From: Narcine bancroftii | Lineage: Eukaryota | NCBI RefSeq assembly: GCF_036971445.1 | Contig: NC_091476.1 | Coordinates: forward strand, 33,232,001 to 33,296,000 | Direction: 5' to 3' | DNA length: 64,000 nt | In this document: positions 1-12,631 of the stretch, piece by piece | Layout of the letters: each line of letters starts with the position of its first letter | How positions within the stretch are numbered: the stretch's first letter is position 1 | The notes under the pieces: model-generated | What the model saw: the letters and a program-made list of their open reading frames with translations, nothing else | Told to the model about the DNA's origin: nothing | Database searches by the model: none | Position numbers and translations under genes: made by a program

Positions 1-807
1 TCTTTAGAAATGTTCGTCTTAACCATTTCTCTACATTTCATTGCACATTATAACACCAATAATTTCTCCCCATTAAGCAGTAAATGGTGACCACCTTTGC
101 CACACAGAATGATTTTCTCACACTAAATATCAATTTAATGAACAAAAAGGGATTACGGCAATATCAAATGTAAATTCAGGTCAGATTTTAGATCCCAAGC
201 ACAAACACATTCCAATGATGCATTAAAACCCTCTGAAAGAGAGCAGCAAATACAGTACAAATCAACTCATGTACCTTTCTGCACAGCTTCACAGATTCAG
301 TGGAGGAACATCTTCTTCAAGTCTTCTTAATCAATTAATCAGGAAGAGTCGAAAGAAGTTCTTTTCCATTGCGGTTTCTGTTGCAGAAGGACCAAACTCA
401 CAACAGTAGTAGTAAATTAAAGATTGGAGTGATGCAAATCAGAAAGTGTAGCTCTTGAGTTTTGAATGTCAGTTGTGGTGTCAACAAAGATGACACTTCA
501 GCCAGAAATACATCTGACTGCATCTTAATGTCTTAATAATTACAGAAGTAAATAATGAGGAAAAAATCTCTTGGGATGAAGCTTCAACTCAATTATCTAT
601 TTTTTTCTAAAGATTTTGCTTGTTTCACTATGCCCTCACAAGGACACATATGAACCAGAAATAAATATTGGCCTTGCTTGTGATGCCCACATTGGGGGAA
701 ATAAAATCTTTCAAAAAAAGCAGGAGTTTCTGCCACAGTCTTAACATGAGGAAAATAGAAGAGTGAGTTTCTATAATTGATGATATAAAAATGTGTCTTT
801 ATTGATT

Positions 808-1000
808 ATAAGAGATAGGAGCAGAATGAGGCCATTGGGTCATCAATTCTGCTCTTCTATTTGATCATGGCATAAGCATTCTCCTTTCAACCATTTACAT
901 GCCTTCTCCCAATTACCTTTGACGCCCTTACTAATCAAGAACCTATCAACCACTGCTTTAATGACTTGGCCTCCACAGCCATCTGTGCCAACATATTACA
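808..1000 (-). mobile_element. CR1-type LINE 3' tail fragment
   Basis: ATAAGAGATAGGAGCAGAATGAGGCCATT...GATCATGGC resembles the CR1 3' tail at 20395-20490 in the same orientation. Confidence 0.65.
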
Positions 1001-1016
1001 CAAATTTAGAGGATTT

Positions 1017-2120
1017 AGTATGGTTTTGTGCATGGGAAATCATGCTTCACAAATTTAATTGAGTTTCTTTGAAGTGACCAAGAGGATTAACAAGGGCAAG
1101 GCAGTAGACATTGATCACATAGAATTTAACAAGCCTTTTGACAAAGTGTCACTTGGTCAGTTTAGACCACATGAATACAGGGTGAGCTAGCCAATTTTCT
1201 TGGCAAAAAGAGTAAGAAGGTAGTAGTGGAAAGTTGTTGTTTAGACTGAAGTCCCGTGACCAGTGTACTGAAGAGATTGAAGCAGTGTCCCCTGTTGAGT
1301 GCAATATTTATTAATGATACAGCTGAGAATGTAGATAGCAAGATTCATCAGTTTGCAAAATTGGTGTGGCATACTGAATGTTCAAATAACCTCAATAACA
1401 AGATCTAGACAAAATTGGAAAGAGGCAAAGGATTGGAGCATGTATTTTACCTCAGACAAACATGAAGCGATGCATTTTGGAGTTCAATCAGGCAGAAATA
1501 CATAGTGAATGGCAGAATGCCAGAAAACATTGTAGAACAGAGACCTCTGAGTGCAAATATATTGTTCCCTGAATGTATTGTTGAGACAAGGAGGTGAAGG
1601 AGGCAAAATGCATGTTTTCCAAGATAAGAGGGATGTTGGTTGGCAGATTCAGGAGTATGTAGCCAGGACTGGATGGCATCACTCATCAGGAGAGATTGAA
1701 CTGGCTGGAACTGTTTTCCATCAAGTGAAAGAGGCTGGAATCTGACCTTACGGAGGTTTATATCATCATGAAGGACATAGATGCGGTAGCTGGTTCCAGT
1801 CTTGCTTTTCCAGTGTAGGAGAATCTAAAACAAGAAGTCATATGTTTACAGTGAGAGGGATAAAGATTTAACAAAGACTGAGAGGACTTTTTCCCACATA
1901 GAAGGTGGTGGGTATATGAAAGAATCTACCAGAGGAATTGACAGATGAAGAAGAACTACAATATTTAAAAAAACACTTAGACAGGAACACAGATAGGAAA
2001 GGTTTAGAGGGGCATGGGAAAAATGCAGGCAAATAAGACAAATTCAATCAGGCATTTTGATTGTCATAGATGAGTTGGACCAAAGAGATGATGAGGGTGC
2101 TGTGTAACTCTGTGACTATA
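1017..2120 (+). mobile_element. Old 5'-truncated CR1 LINE (decayed RT and 3' UTR)
   Basis: Decayed codons for GFVHGKSCFTNLIEF and AFDKV, collinear with the CR1 ORF2 at 60020-61236; ends in a CTCTGTGA-like tail. Confidence 0.8.
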
Positions 2121-2429
2121 ACCAAAACCTCTTGCATATAAAACCATTTATTTCCTCATGACTTTGAGTATTTCTCTCTGAATATCTTCTTGTGTGTCAT
2201 TTTTTTTCAAACTTTACTTAAAAGATAGAAAAAAAACATAACATACAGTGTAATAATAATAAAATGATTTTAAAAAGATATATATATATTAAAAAATCAA
2301 ATTAAAAAAATTAAAAATCCAAAAATAAACCACCCCACCCTCCCACCCCTTCAGCCAACTCCCTTAAGGGGAACAAAAAAATATAGACTATATATAAAAA
2401 GAAAATATTATAAATGTTAATAACAGTTC

Positions 2430-5400
2430 TAAGTATATCTAAATGAATATATTTCAAATACAGAGACCACTTACTAACAAAAGAAGAATAATTATCATGT
2501 AAATTATAGCTAATTTTTTTCCATAACAATACATACTTTCAATTCATTGTGCCAGTGTAATATATTAATCTCAGTATCATCTTTCCAAGTACTAGCAACA
2601 CATTTATGCGCTACTGATAACACCAAAAGTACAAAAGCAATTTGAATTTTATCCATTCCCATTCCCCTTAATGAATACAAATTACCCAACAAAAAAAAAT
2701 CATTGGATCTAATAGTAATAATATAAAATTATATAATTTTTCCAAAACTACTTTGATTCCTTGCCAAAATGATTGAACTTTAACACACGTCCAAACGGCA
2801 TGTTAAAATGTTCCAATACATGAGCCACATCTAAAACAAGAATCCAAATTTCTAAACCCATATATATTTTAGCTTTTCTGGGGTCAAATATAATTGATGT
2901 AAAAAATTATAATTAACCATTCCATATCTTACATTAGTCAATTTAATTACATTATCCTGACACATAGTCACCAAATCATCTTCAGGAAAAGTAAATACTA
3001 AATCACTCTCCCATTTAAGTTTAGATTTCTCCCAATCCGGCTTATTCATACTATCTTGTAACAAATTATACATAACTGAAATATAACCCTTTTTCTATAT
3101 AGAGAAAATCAAAGATTCAAATCTCAACAAAGTAGGTAAAATCATCTCTCTACCATAATTATCTTTTATCAAAGCTCTAAGTTGATAATACACAAACAAA
3201 GAATTTACAGGTATAATTGATTAAAAGAAATAAATTTCCCTTCTTCAAAACAATCCTGTATTGTCCTTATACCTTTAGAGTCCCAAATCTTTAAATGATT
3301 ATTAAACATTGAAAAAGGGATAAACTGATTATTATACAATGGAGTTAGAATTGATAGTTTATCTTTTGATCCTAATGCCCTATTTTCTTTAATCCAAATC
3401 TTTAACACATGTTTCAATATCGGCATATCATATTCATGTAATAAAATCAAATTCCAATGAAATATAAATTCATGTATCCCAACCCTAGGAATACATGCCA
3501 TCTCCACTTTAGCCCAGCTGGGAGGCTGATCTAAATCCATCAATTTACTAACAATTACTAACAATTACTAGCAATTACTAACAACTGGTCTGCTTCATAA
3601 TAATTTTGAAAATGTGGTAACTGTAGTCCGCCCAATGCATACTTCCATGTAAATCTATGCAACGCCACTCAAGCTAATTTACCTTTCCATAAAAACTCTC
3701 ATTCTGCTTTATTCAAATCTTGAAAGAAACCCTTTGGAAGTAAACAAGGTATTGACTGAAATAAATATTGAATTCGAGGAAAAATATTCATTTTAATACA
3801 ATTAATGCAACCAATCAAAGTTAATGGAAGATCTTTTCACTTAATCAAATATGCTTTAACCAGTCTTAATATAGGCACATAATTTAATTGATATAATGAT
3901 GATAATTAGTATCCATAAACACACCTAAATATTTAATTTTACTTGTCCACCTTAATTTTGAAATAGGTTTAAATTCAGAATAATCTCCTACTCCAACTGG
4001 TAAAATTTCACTTTTATTCCAATTATATCCCGATAATTCTCCAAATGTCGACAAAGACTGTTGCAATTGTTTCAACGATCGTTGCGGTTTTGACAAATAT
4101 ATCAACACATCGTCCGCAAATAAATTAATTTTATATTCTTTGTTCTTAACCCTCATCGCTCTAATTTCTTCATTTTGCCTAATAGCCTGAGCTAACAGTT
4201 CAATAGCCAATGCAAATAAGTCTGGTGACAATGGGCAGCCCAGCCGAGTTGAATGAGTCAATTTAAATGGTAAAGTAATCTGTCCATTTGTCACCACCCT
4301 AGCAATCAGGTTCGTATATAAAGCCTTAACCCAACCAATAAAAAAGGGCCAAATTTAAATTTCTCTAACACTTTAAATAAAAAATTCCCACTCAAACCTA
4401 TCAAAGGCTTTTTCTGCATCTTTCAGTATGCATTGACCAAGGTAATTCATCGAAATATATTGTCTGAAGCATTTCTATTCTTAATAAAACCTGTTTGATC
4501 AATATGTTCCAATTTTGTAAGTATTTAGCAAATACTTTTGCTATAATTTTATAATCTACATTTAATAAAGAAATAGGTCTGTATGAAGACATTTTTAATG
4601 GATCTGTATCTTTTTTTGGAATAACAGTTATTAAAACACTTGTACATGATTCTGGTAACTTCTGATCTTCAGTAACTTGATTCAACACTTCTCCAAATAC
4701 ATTAGAGAAATCATCATAAAATGTTTATAAAATTCCACAGGGGACCTTCCATTAGGCATTTCCTGAATAGCTTCCTTAATTTCAAAATCCATAAATGGAG
4801 ATTCCAATTCCTGAACATCATTCCCATCTAATACCGATAACCTTAGTTTAGATAAGTAAGAGTCAATGGAACCATTATCCTGTTTACCCTCAGAAGTATA
4901 TAATTTTAGATAAAATGAATAAAACTGATGGTTAATTTCCTGAGGTTTATAAGTAACTTTTGAATTCTTCTTAACAGCATTAATAGTCCGAGATACCTGT
5001 TCAGCTTTCAATTGCCAAGCAAGTACCTTATCAGCTCTTTCCCCAACTCAAAATAATGTTGTTTAGATCGATTAATTAAGCGCTCAAACTGATAAGTTTG
5101 TAAAGAATTATAACATAATTTCAATTTTGCTAATGCGGCTTTTTTATCTTCTGTTACATCTTTCTGAAAATTTTTCTCTAACTCAGCAATCTGATTTTAT
5201 AACTCTAAACATTCTGCCATATATTGTTTCTTAACTTTCGTAGAATAACTAATAATCTTCCCCCTGAAATAAGCTTTTAAAGTGTCCCATATTACAAAAT
5301 GACTATCCACAGAATTAACATTCTTGATCAAAAATAAAGAGATATGCTCTTTAACAAAAGTAACAAACTCTGTTTTTTTCAATAACATTGTGTTAAACCT

Positions 5401-6130
5401 CCATCTAAACGATGGATGTACTACCTCCAAACTTTCACAAGAAAAATGTAATAATGAATGATCTGATATAACTCTACTACTTTTATATTCAGTTCATAAT
5501 TCTCTACCTTGTAAATGTGCTGATACCAAGAATAAATCAATTCTGGAAAACGAATCATGACATGAAGAGTAAAAAAGAACATTCTTTTTCTGTCGGATTA
5601 ACTTTTCTCCAAATATCCACCAAATTTAAAACTTTCATTAACACATTAATTTGTGTTGCCATCTTTGATTTCCAAATACTTTTTGGATTTCTGTCCAATA
5701 AAGGGTCCAGACACAATTAAAGTCACCACCAACTCATCAGCTTGAGTTAACAGTAAAAAAAGCTTCTGAAATAAACTGCTCATCATCTATATTGGGGGCA
5801 TAAAGATTCAGCAAAGTCCAAGATTCAGCAAAAAATTTACAGTTCACTCTTAATACTCTGCCAGCATACCCCTCTGAAGATTCCAATTCCAATGGTAAGT
5901 TTTTATGAATCAAAATCGCTACTTCTCTTGACTTAAAATTAAAAGAAGAAGAAAAAAACATGACCAACCCAATCTCTTTTCAATTTCAAATGTTTTTTTT
6001 TCAGTCAGATGTGTTCCTTGTAAAAAAGCAAAGTCAATTTTCATTTTTTAATATCAGCCAATATTGTTTTTCTCTTAACTGGATTATTTAATCCCTGAAC
6101 ATTAAAAGTTGCAAAATTAAATTTAGACAT
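2430..6130 (-). pseudogene. L1 ORF2 (APE endonuclease, RT, C-terminal domain), disrupted
   Basis: MSK..ATFNVQGLNNPVKRK start, LLNLYAPN, WRFNTMLL, SYRPISLLNVDYKI, LGCPLSP, LFADDVLIY. Many stops and frameshifts; 3' end approximate. Confidence 0.9.
3541..3585. repeat. 10-bp tandem repeat (ACAATTACTA) about 4 copies, inside L1 ORF2
   Basis: Directly visible tandem copies. Confidence 0.9.
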
Positions 6131-6421
6131 CTTTTAACTACTAATATATTTACACACTATAAAATAATGCTCCCCTTTATAATTATTCCAAAAAAAAAGA
6201 AAAATAAGAAAAAAATATTCCCCCCTCAAAAAAGAAACAATAAAAAAAAACACAAAAACAAAAAAAAAAACACGCAAAGGTAGTAATACCCTAAAAATCT
6301 GGGTGTGGTGAACCCACTAGTGGCAGATGACTATCAAAGTTTTCAGTGTCATCCACCCCACCCCCAGCCATATACATACTTATTATTTAATTAAACACAA
6401 TCATATATAGTCCATATATAT

Positions 6422-8021
6422 TCAACCCAATGGTTCCAAACCCAATGACTGCTCCGGGTCTTCAATATCAAGAAGACTTTGTGTCAACTCTGCTTTCTTT
6501 CCATTCTTTCCATACTTTCCATACCCATTTACATTTCCATTTACTCTCCCCTCTTAGACAACGGAGGAGAATGCCGATTTCTTCACAGTTCCAGCAAAGA
6601 ATTAGCAAAAACCAAAGCATCATGATCATTCTTAAAGAATTGAGATTGAAAGTTTCCATAAAAAACCTTCAAAATTGCAGGATAATGAAAAGCAAACTTG
6701 TAGCCCTTTCACCACAAAATATCTTTAGCTGTATTAAATTCTTGTCATCTTCTAATGACCTCTTAACTCAAGTCAGCATAAAAAAACACTATGTTATTTT
6801 GAACCATTAATGGAGACTGATTCTACCGTGGTTTCTGTACTGCCATACGTCAAATAATTTCTTTGTCTTGGTATTTTAAACAACAAACCAAGACTGCCCT
6901 CAGTGTTTGTCCTGGAAATGGTTTTCTCCTCAGAGCTCTATGAGCCCAATCCAATTCCAAGCCTTCAGGAAAAACCTCTTTACCCAGCACCTCTGGGATC
7001 CAATCCATTAAAATTTTATAGGATCGGAACCTTCAATGTCTTCTGGAAGACCAACTATTTTCATATTATTCCATTGGCTTTGATTTTCCAATGAATCAAT
7101 CTTCTTCAATAACTCTCTTCTTTGAATCCCCAATCTACAAAAGAACCTTCCATTTTTTCTCTATTACATTCCACCTGATTTTGAAACTCAGAAAAGGCTG
7201 TTTCAATTTTCTTAAAATTATCTTGCACAGTATCAACTGATTTTATACATCTATTAATATCACTCTTAACTACAGTCATTTCCTGTTTCATAGTTGACAT
7301 TTCATCACACAAGGTATTCATTTTTATTTTTATCTCCATAAATCCTTGGTTCATGTGAATTTATATTTGTTTTGACATATTGTCCATTTGACAAGCAATC
7401 CCTTCCAAAACAGTGAACACGAAACCCATTCCAGATTCCACCACCACATTTTGAGGTCTACCTTCTTTAACTACAGGCTCCTCCTCCTGGGCAAATTCCA
7501 ATAACGTAAGTTCCTCTTCTTCCTCAGTCATTGTAAATCCTTTAGCTGAACGGCTGAGGGTCTGGAAACCCGACACTGGCACCCCGACCTCTTCAGGACA
7601 CCAGGCACCCCCACAGCCCATACTTTGTCCAGCCATTCTTTGATCCGGGATGCCCCACACAAGCCAGGCAAAGTTCCTGGATGCACAGGAGCATCCTCCA
7701 AAGCTACACTGCACGTCCCCGGGCTGCCCAGCAAGGTTGTGGGTTTGCGGGTCGCTTCATTGGCCGTGCCGCCCGCATGCACAGCTTCACGTGGATGGAG
7801 GTTGGCAACGGCCGAACTCACCAAAGTGTCGGCACCATCTTGCGGAGGCAGGATCAGCGCCAAGGTAAAACTCGAATGGGCTGGAGTCCTCTGAGGCTTG
7901 GAGGCTCCCAATGACAATTCTGTGGATTCAGCTATGCAGGTAGGCCTCAGTTCTTCCACACGTTTGTATGGTAATTTTTTTTCTGAAGTTGAGGTTTAGA
8001 TTTTTTCACCTTAGTTGCCAT
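6422..8021 (-). pseudogene. L1 ORF1 (coiled coil plus RRM/CTD-like region), frameshifted, long N-terminal extension
   Basis: Starts ATG GCA ACT AAG at 8021; heptad-rich segment MNTLCDEMSTMKQEMTVVKSDI; L1 ORF1 motif LENQSQWNNMKIVGLPEDIEG near 7030-7090; ends ...SLGLEPLG-TGA at 6422. Confidence 0.75.
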
Positions 8022-8682
8022 AATAAATCACTGTTATTTAAGCAACTGTAAATATTGTTTTTAACCACTTTTATGCTTTTTAAAACCAGGTATTTCATAA
8101 TCCAGCTGGGGAAAGGTGGAATACATGTCTTTCTTCTACACCATCTTGCCACGCCCCCCTCTTGTGTGTCTTGCTGCAAATTATATTTCAGAACCCAGTG
8201 AAAGGCTTTTGGGTATTTTATTAAAGATACAAAACAAATGCAAGTTGATCTTGGTGCCAGGGAGTTTTTTTGCCCCACTAATATTTATCAATGTCAAATC
8301 TAAAGTATGTGATTGATTTAAAAAAAATATTTAGTTCTGCAGAGGTTGGTTAATTTTCAGAAATCATAAACATACTATATAAAGACTTCCTTGATTCACT
8401 GCTCTCTAGTTTTAATATTCCATCATTCTGAACAGAAACACAATTTGTATAAATTTTTAATGTAAGAATTACTTCAGTTAAAATAATTGCTTGACTCCGC
8501 AAAGCTCAAAATATGTCCTTTTTTTTTGATTAGAATACATTCGTAATTGATGCAACCATATTTTCATTTTAAGTCAATTTCTGAGCACGGCATATTTTCA
8601 TTCTGGTTGATCCTTTAGACAGATCCAAAAGGTACAAAATATAATGTAGAGAGCAGGAAACATAATTATATTTTTAATGATA

Positions 8683-8806
8683 ACAGAAAATGCTGGAAGC
8701 ACACAACAAGTCAGGCGGTATCTATGGAAAAAGAATTAGCATGAATGTTTCAGGTCTCAGACCCATTGTCAGACAGACTTGTTAAGACTTTTCAGCATTT
8801 CATGTA
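8683..8806. mobile_element. Penelope-like element terminus with inverted arms and a decayed hammerhead on the minus strand (8744-8773)
   Basis: ACAGAAAATGCTGGAA...CAACAAGTC pairs with GACTTGTT...TTCAGCATTT. The minus strand reads CTGACAAT-GGGTC-TGA-GACCT-GAAAC. The right arm appears to resume after the MITE at 9542. Confidence 0.65.
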
Positions 8807-9541
8807 CAGTAGAATCCCATTATCCGGCACCTATGGGGATTGTGGATGTCAGATATGTACATTTTATGGTTGACTCAGGCCCAGTCTTCCCATGCATAAC
8901 TAATACACCTGCATTAAGAATACATTGTTTAAAAGACAAAAGACAGTGCAAGATGTAAATAATTTGGAAAAAAAAATCTGTTTTGTCATCTTTAGTTATG
9001 TAAAGTTCACTTTAACCAGGTAATTCTCATAACTTACAACATTTAAATACAAACATCAAATGCTGACACTCTAACAGCATTGCGCTAGCCACTACACTAA
9101 CTGTGTTGCCGTCATGTTTAACACACCTCCCCATAAGTTCATAGATAAAGCTTTACTAATATACCTAATACTAACACTTAATAGGCAGGGATAGGGAGGC
9201 CCTTTGGAAGACTCGCCCCAGTGACCAGCGGCATAAGCTGGTTTTTCATCCTGGGTGCCACCGTATAATTCCATCGCAACTTTTTTGAAACTTTTCCACC
9301 TTCCTCTTGCTGGCAATGCAACTCAACTTCATGCAAGTGGCAACTGCAAAAATAATGTGCGCGCATTGAGGGGCATTGCTAGTTTAACAGGACAAACCTT
9401 AGCTTGTTCAATAAAGTCTCAACAGGGTCCAACCATCCAGCCTTATTCATTTAATGTATTTATTTATTTATTCCCTCAATTTTTTTTTGCAGTTGGTTGA
9501 GTTTTCAGTTGATTGAATTCCATATAATGGGGATTCTACTA
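8807..9541. mobile_element. Tc1/mariner (Tigger/pogo-like) non-autonomous element, 735 bp
   Basis: Imperfect TIRs CAGTAGAATCCCATTATCCGG and CCATATAATGGGGATTCTACTA, flanked by TA at 8805-8806 and 9542-9543; no transposase ORF. Confidence 0.8.
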
Positions 9542-10113
9542 TATTTAGGATTTCCTGCTTTTGTGGTTTTTTGACTTTATCTTATGTCTTAAGTTGGCAT
9601 CAACTATAAAATGATAGAATATTGTTGAACTTGCAAATGATAGCCATAAATTATATAATCTCTCAGTCAAGTCTCATTCAGTTGTATTTGGTCTGTATAC
9701 TTCTGAACATTTTCTATCCATATGTATCTATTGAAATGACTTTTAAACATAATTGAACCTGCCTCTATCAGGTCAAATGGCCAGAGATAAAGGGTTTAAA
9801 AAAAAAGGGTGGTTGGTTGCTTGCAAGGAATCAGAAGACCAAAGGCTTTGCTTCCAAGGATAAATTTTATCAATCATTTATGTATATTCTTAGTCTCTCC
9901 TTAACTTTTAAAATTTTATTAAAACCATCAATTATGAAACAAAATCAACAATTCATTAATTTGTCATTTATCTCATGTCAGTCAATAAATGTTTGGTGAT
10001 TGGTGCTAACACGGCAAAGGATTTTGATCGTGTATTCTAGTTTGTGTATCAGGTTCAGCTGTGTCAATATTGAAAATCAACATGGTTTTGCTCTTGTGGG
10101 AAATAAACAAGTT

Positions 10114-10345
10114 GGGTTGGCACAGTTAGTGTAGCAGTTAGCTCAACACTATTACGACGACAGCAACCCAGCTTCATATCGCGTGCTGTCTGTAGGAATT
10201 CTTACAACCTCCCCTTGTCTGTGTGGGTTTTCTCCAGGTGCTCTGGTTTCCTCCCACCCTTCAAAATCGTTTGGAGTTGTAGGTTAATTGGGGGACACAA
10301 TATCATGGGATGGAAGGGCCTGTTACCATGATGTTTGTCTATTTT
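10114..10345 (+). mobile_element. tRNA-derived V-SINE (HE1-like)
   Basis: tRNA-like head GGCACAGTTAGTGTAGCAGTTAGC, V-domain TGTGTGGGTTTTCTCCAGGTGCTCTGGTTTCCTCCCAC, and CR1-like tail GAAGGGCCTGTTACCATG. Confidence 0.85.
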
Positions 10346-10544
10346 TTTTCTAAAAATGAATCTTAGGCCTAAAAGGAGAGTTCTTGTTCAATGAAGCTTT
10401 TCACAGAAGTGGGATTGGGTGTTTGGACATCCTTGGTTGTGACCCTTGACAAGGTTCAGCAGGAGGTGAAATCTTCTTCCAAAGATGGTTTCATAAATTC
10501 TTCAACAGCTTATCAAAGGAGATAAAATCCTTAATACAAGAATA

Positions 10545-10760
10545 CGATGAAATAGAAGTAGGTACAGATAACTTCTCTCTCATGCCTGTCCCCACATTCA
10601 ATACAATCACACCGGATTGATGCTGGTGTCAAGTCCTTTTGTGTGACCATGTATCACTACCTATCATTAATATACCCAATAATGCCTAATAATCTGTCTT
10701 CAACCATCATCAGGAGCAAAGCATTCCAGAGATTCACTGCCCTTTGAGAAAATACCTGAA
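10545..10760 (-). mobile_element. Old CR1 3' fragment
   Basis: GCATTCCAGAGATTCACTGCCCTTTGAG resembles the CR1 ORF2 end (QRVVNLWN) on the minus strand. Confidence 0.5.
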
Positions 10761-10921
10761 TGCCAACACTGTAATCTGCACAGAATCATTGAACCTTGGT
10801 TTCTGGAAGCTTAACTGTAATCTCTCATTAATAAGTATGCAATGTTTCAACACCCTTCTCCTCTAGTTTAGAAAGTAAAACATCCATTGCTTTTGGAGGT
10901 GCCCATGGCATTTAGTTGACC

Positions 10922-10995
10922 ATCAGAATCAGAATCAAATCAGAACTTATTGAAGAATGAAGAAGCCATGAAATTTGATGTTTGCAGCTGCAAAG
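10922..10995 (-). mobile_element. Rex-Babar LINE 3' tail remnant
   Basis: (ATCAGA)n tail plus CATGAAATTTG is the reverse complement of the tail at 57280-57340. Confidence 0.55.
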
Positions 10996-11743
10996 AAAGT
11001 GCTTTAAGGACCAGTTTTCATCTGAGTTGGGAACATTTAATGTAGTGTCAAATCATAGAATCTAAACAAACCGAATGCTTACAAAGAGTTTACAATGTCT
11101 GATTTGACATTATTATTTTCAAGCCATCACATCTTCTTAACATTGTCGAAGAAAAAAATGGTAGGAAAACATGGATCTTTTTTCCTGTTCAAAATCTGAC
11201 AGACTATTGATAGTGGATGACTGATCCAGATTTTTATCATCATTAGGACAGGATTCCATGTTTTTCTTTGTCTTCACTCTATCTGATAAATTTGGCAAAT
11301 ATAATCCCATCAGATTGACACAATTCTGAAATGTGCTGATTCGGTAATTTTACTCTTTACAGAGAAATATCAGATGTACTGTGCATATTGATTTTCATCC
11401 CCCAACTGATGCAAAAAGACTGTGTATCAATCTGGTTCTAAACATATATTTCAAAGAAGTATAATCAAATCTTTGGGCATTTGTATCACATTGACTAATC
11501 CATATGTTTTTTTTCAAATTACATAACATGCTTATTTATTTAAAGATATTATGTAAGTCATGTTGATTTCCCCCCATTTATAATGTCCATCAACAGCCAT
11601 GTATTTGCATGAATCTCATGAACAGCAGTGCACATCAGTTTTACCTGTGAGATAAAGAAACAGGTTATTTTGTATTAATTATATTTTATTAACAACTTCC
11701 AACCTCATTTTGTATCTAACCCGAGGTGGAACATTAATCTCTG

Positions 11744-11759
11744 ACTCCCTCTAGTGGTG
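11744..11759 (-). promoter_or_regulatory. Candidate CTCF site
   Basis: ACTCCCTCTAGTGGTG is about one mismatch from the CGCCCYCTRGTGG core, in non-repetitive sequence. Motif match only. Confidence 0.35.
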
Positions 11760-12631
11760 AGGAGGATCACCAACTCTCAATCACTGCATTACCCTTGTGT
11801 TCCCAAATGCAAAATAACACAGAGGCATAGAAAGATATTTCAGTGAAACCCTTTTTTTTATATATAGTATTAAGTTTCATTTATCAACTCAGAGAAATTT
11901 TCCAAGTTTAAAATTATGTTCAAGACATTGTTTAACTGGAACAGCAATTATTCCTGCAACAACTCAATTCATTCTGCAGGCAATCAAGCTTACAATACTT
12001 CAAAGAAAATGTCAAACTCCTATCTTCAATAAATATAAAGTCAATAGGACAAGGGTTTTACATCTCAGATCCAAACAACGTCAACCAGATCAACTTCAAG
12101 CAAACAGAATATTCCATGAGTAATTATGCTTTGAAGATAAAGCAGCCTGTGAAACCCCTGGAGTGTAAACATGAATCTGTGCCAGCACTAATTAAAACAT
12201 TATTAGCAAAATATCATCATAAATCTTTGTACAAATTGGGCAATGTTGTTGGGAATATTGTGCAGAGATTAATTTTTAATGATAATGAATTGCACCCTCC
12301 AGGGGACTGAGGAGCATGTTACAAAATCGGAACAAAACTGGTCGAAAAATTTTGGAGGAAGAGTTTAAAGTGCACAGCTGTATAAGTGAAATGAGACTGG
12401 CATGTCCAGATTCATCTCCAGCAGAATTAATCAACAGAAAACAGACTTACATTTTAACACTATTAGGAGTTATTTGTAGTTAAAAAGTAAGATAAGGTAA
12501 GAGTAATAGTGAGGTGCAGGACAAAGGAATACTTGAGGCATATGGAAAACCATTCAAATAGCAGGATGAAAAATTATTGCTGAAGTAATGTGTAGGGATC
12601 TTCTGCACCTACCTGGACCTTTCTGAGATAT

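Larger units (their letters stand above)
2199..8159 (-). mobile_element. Full-length decayed L1-clade LINE (~5.96 kb)
   Basis: 5' end GGGGGGCGTGGCAAGATGG at 8159, ORF1, ~290-bp spacer, ORF2 and poly(A) at 2200-2207. Exact 11-bp TSD TCTTGTGTGTC at 2188-2198 and 8160-8170. Confidence 0.93.

Noticed and set aside
272-400. Minus-strand donor-like site and possible exon
   Set aside because: Stops in all frames and no convincing acceptor.
6311-6329. CTCF-like motif in the L1 inter-ORF spacer
   Set aside because: It needs an indel in the core to fit the consensus.
10114-10190. tRNA gene
   Set aside because: It is the decayed head of a V-SINE and does not form a cloverleaf.
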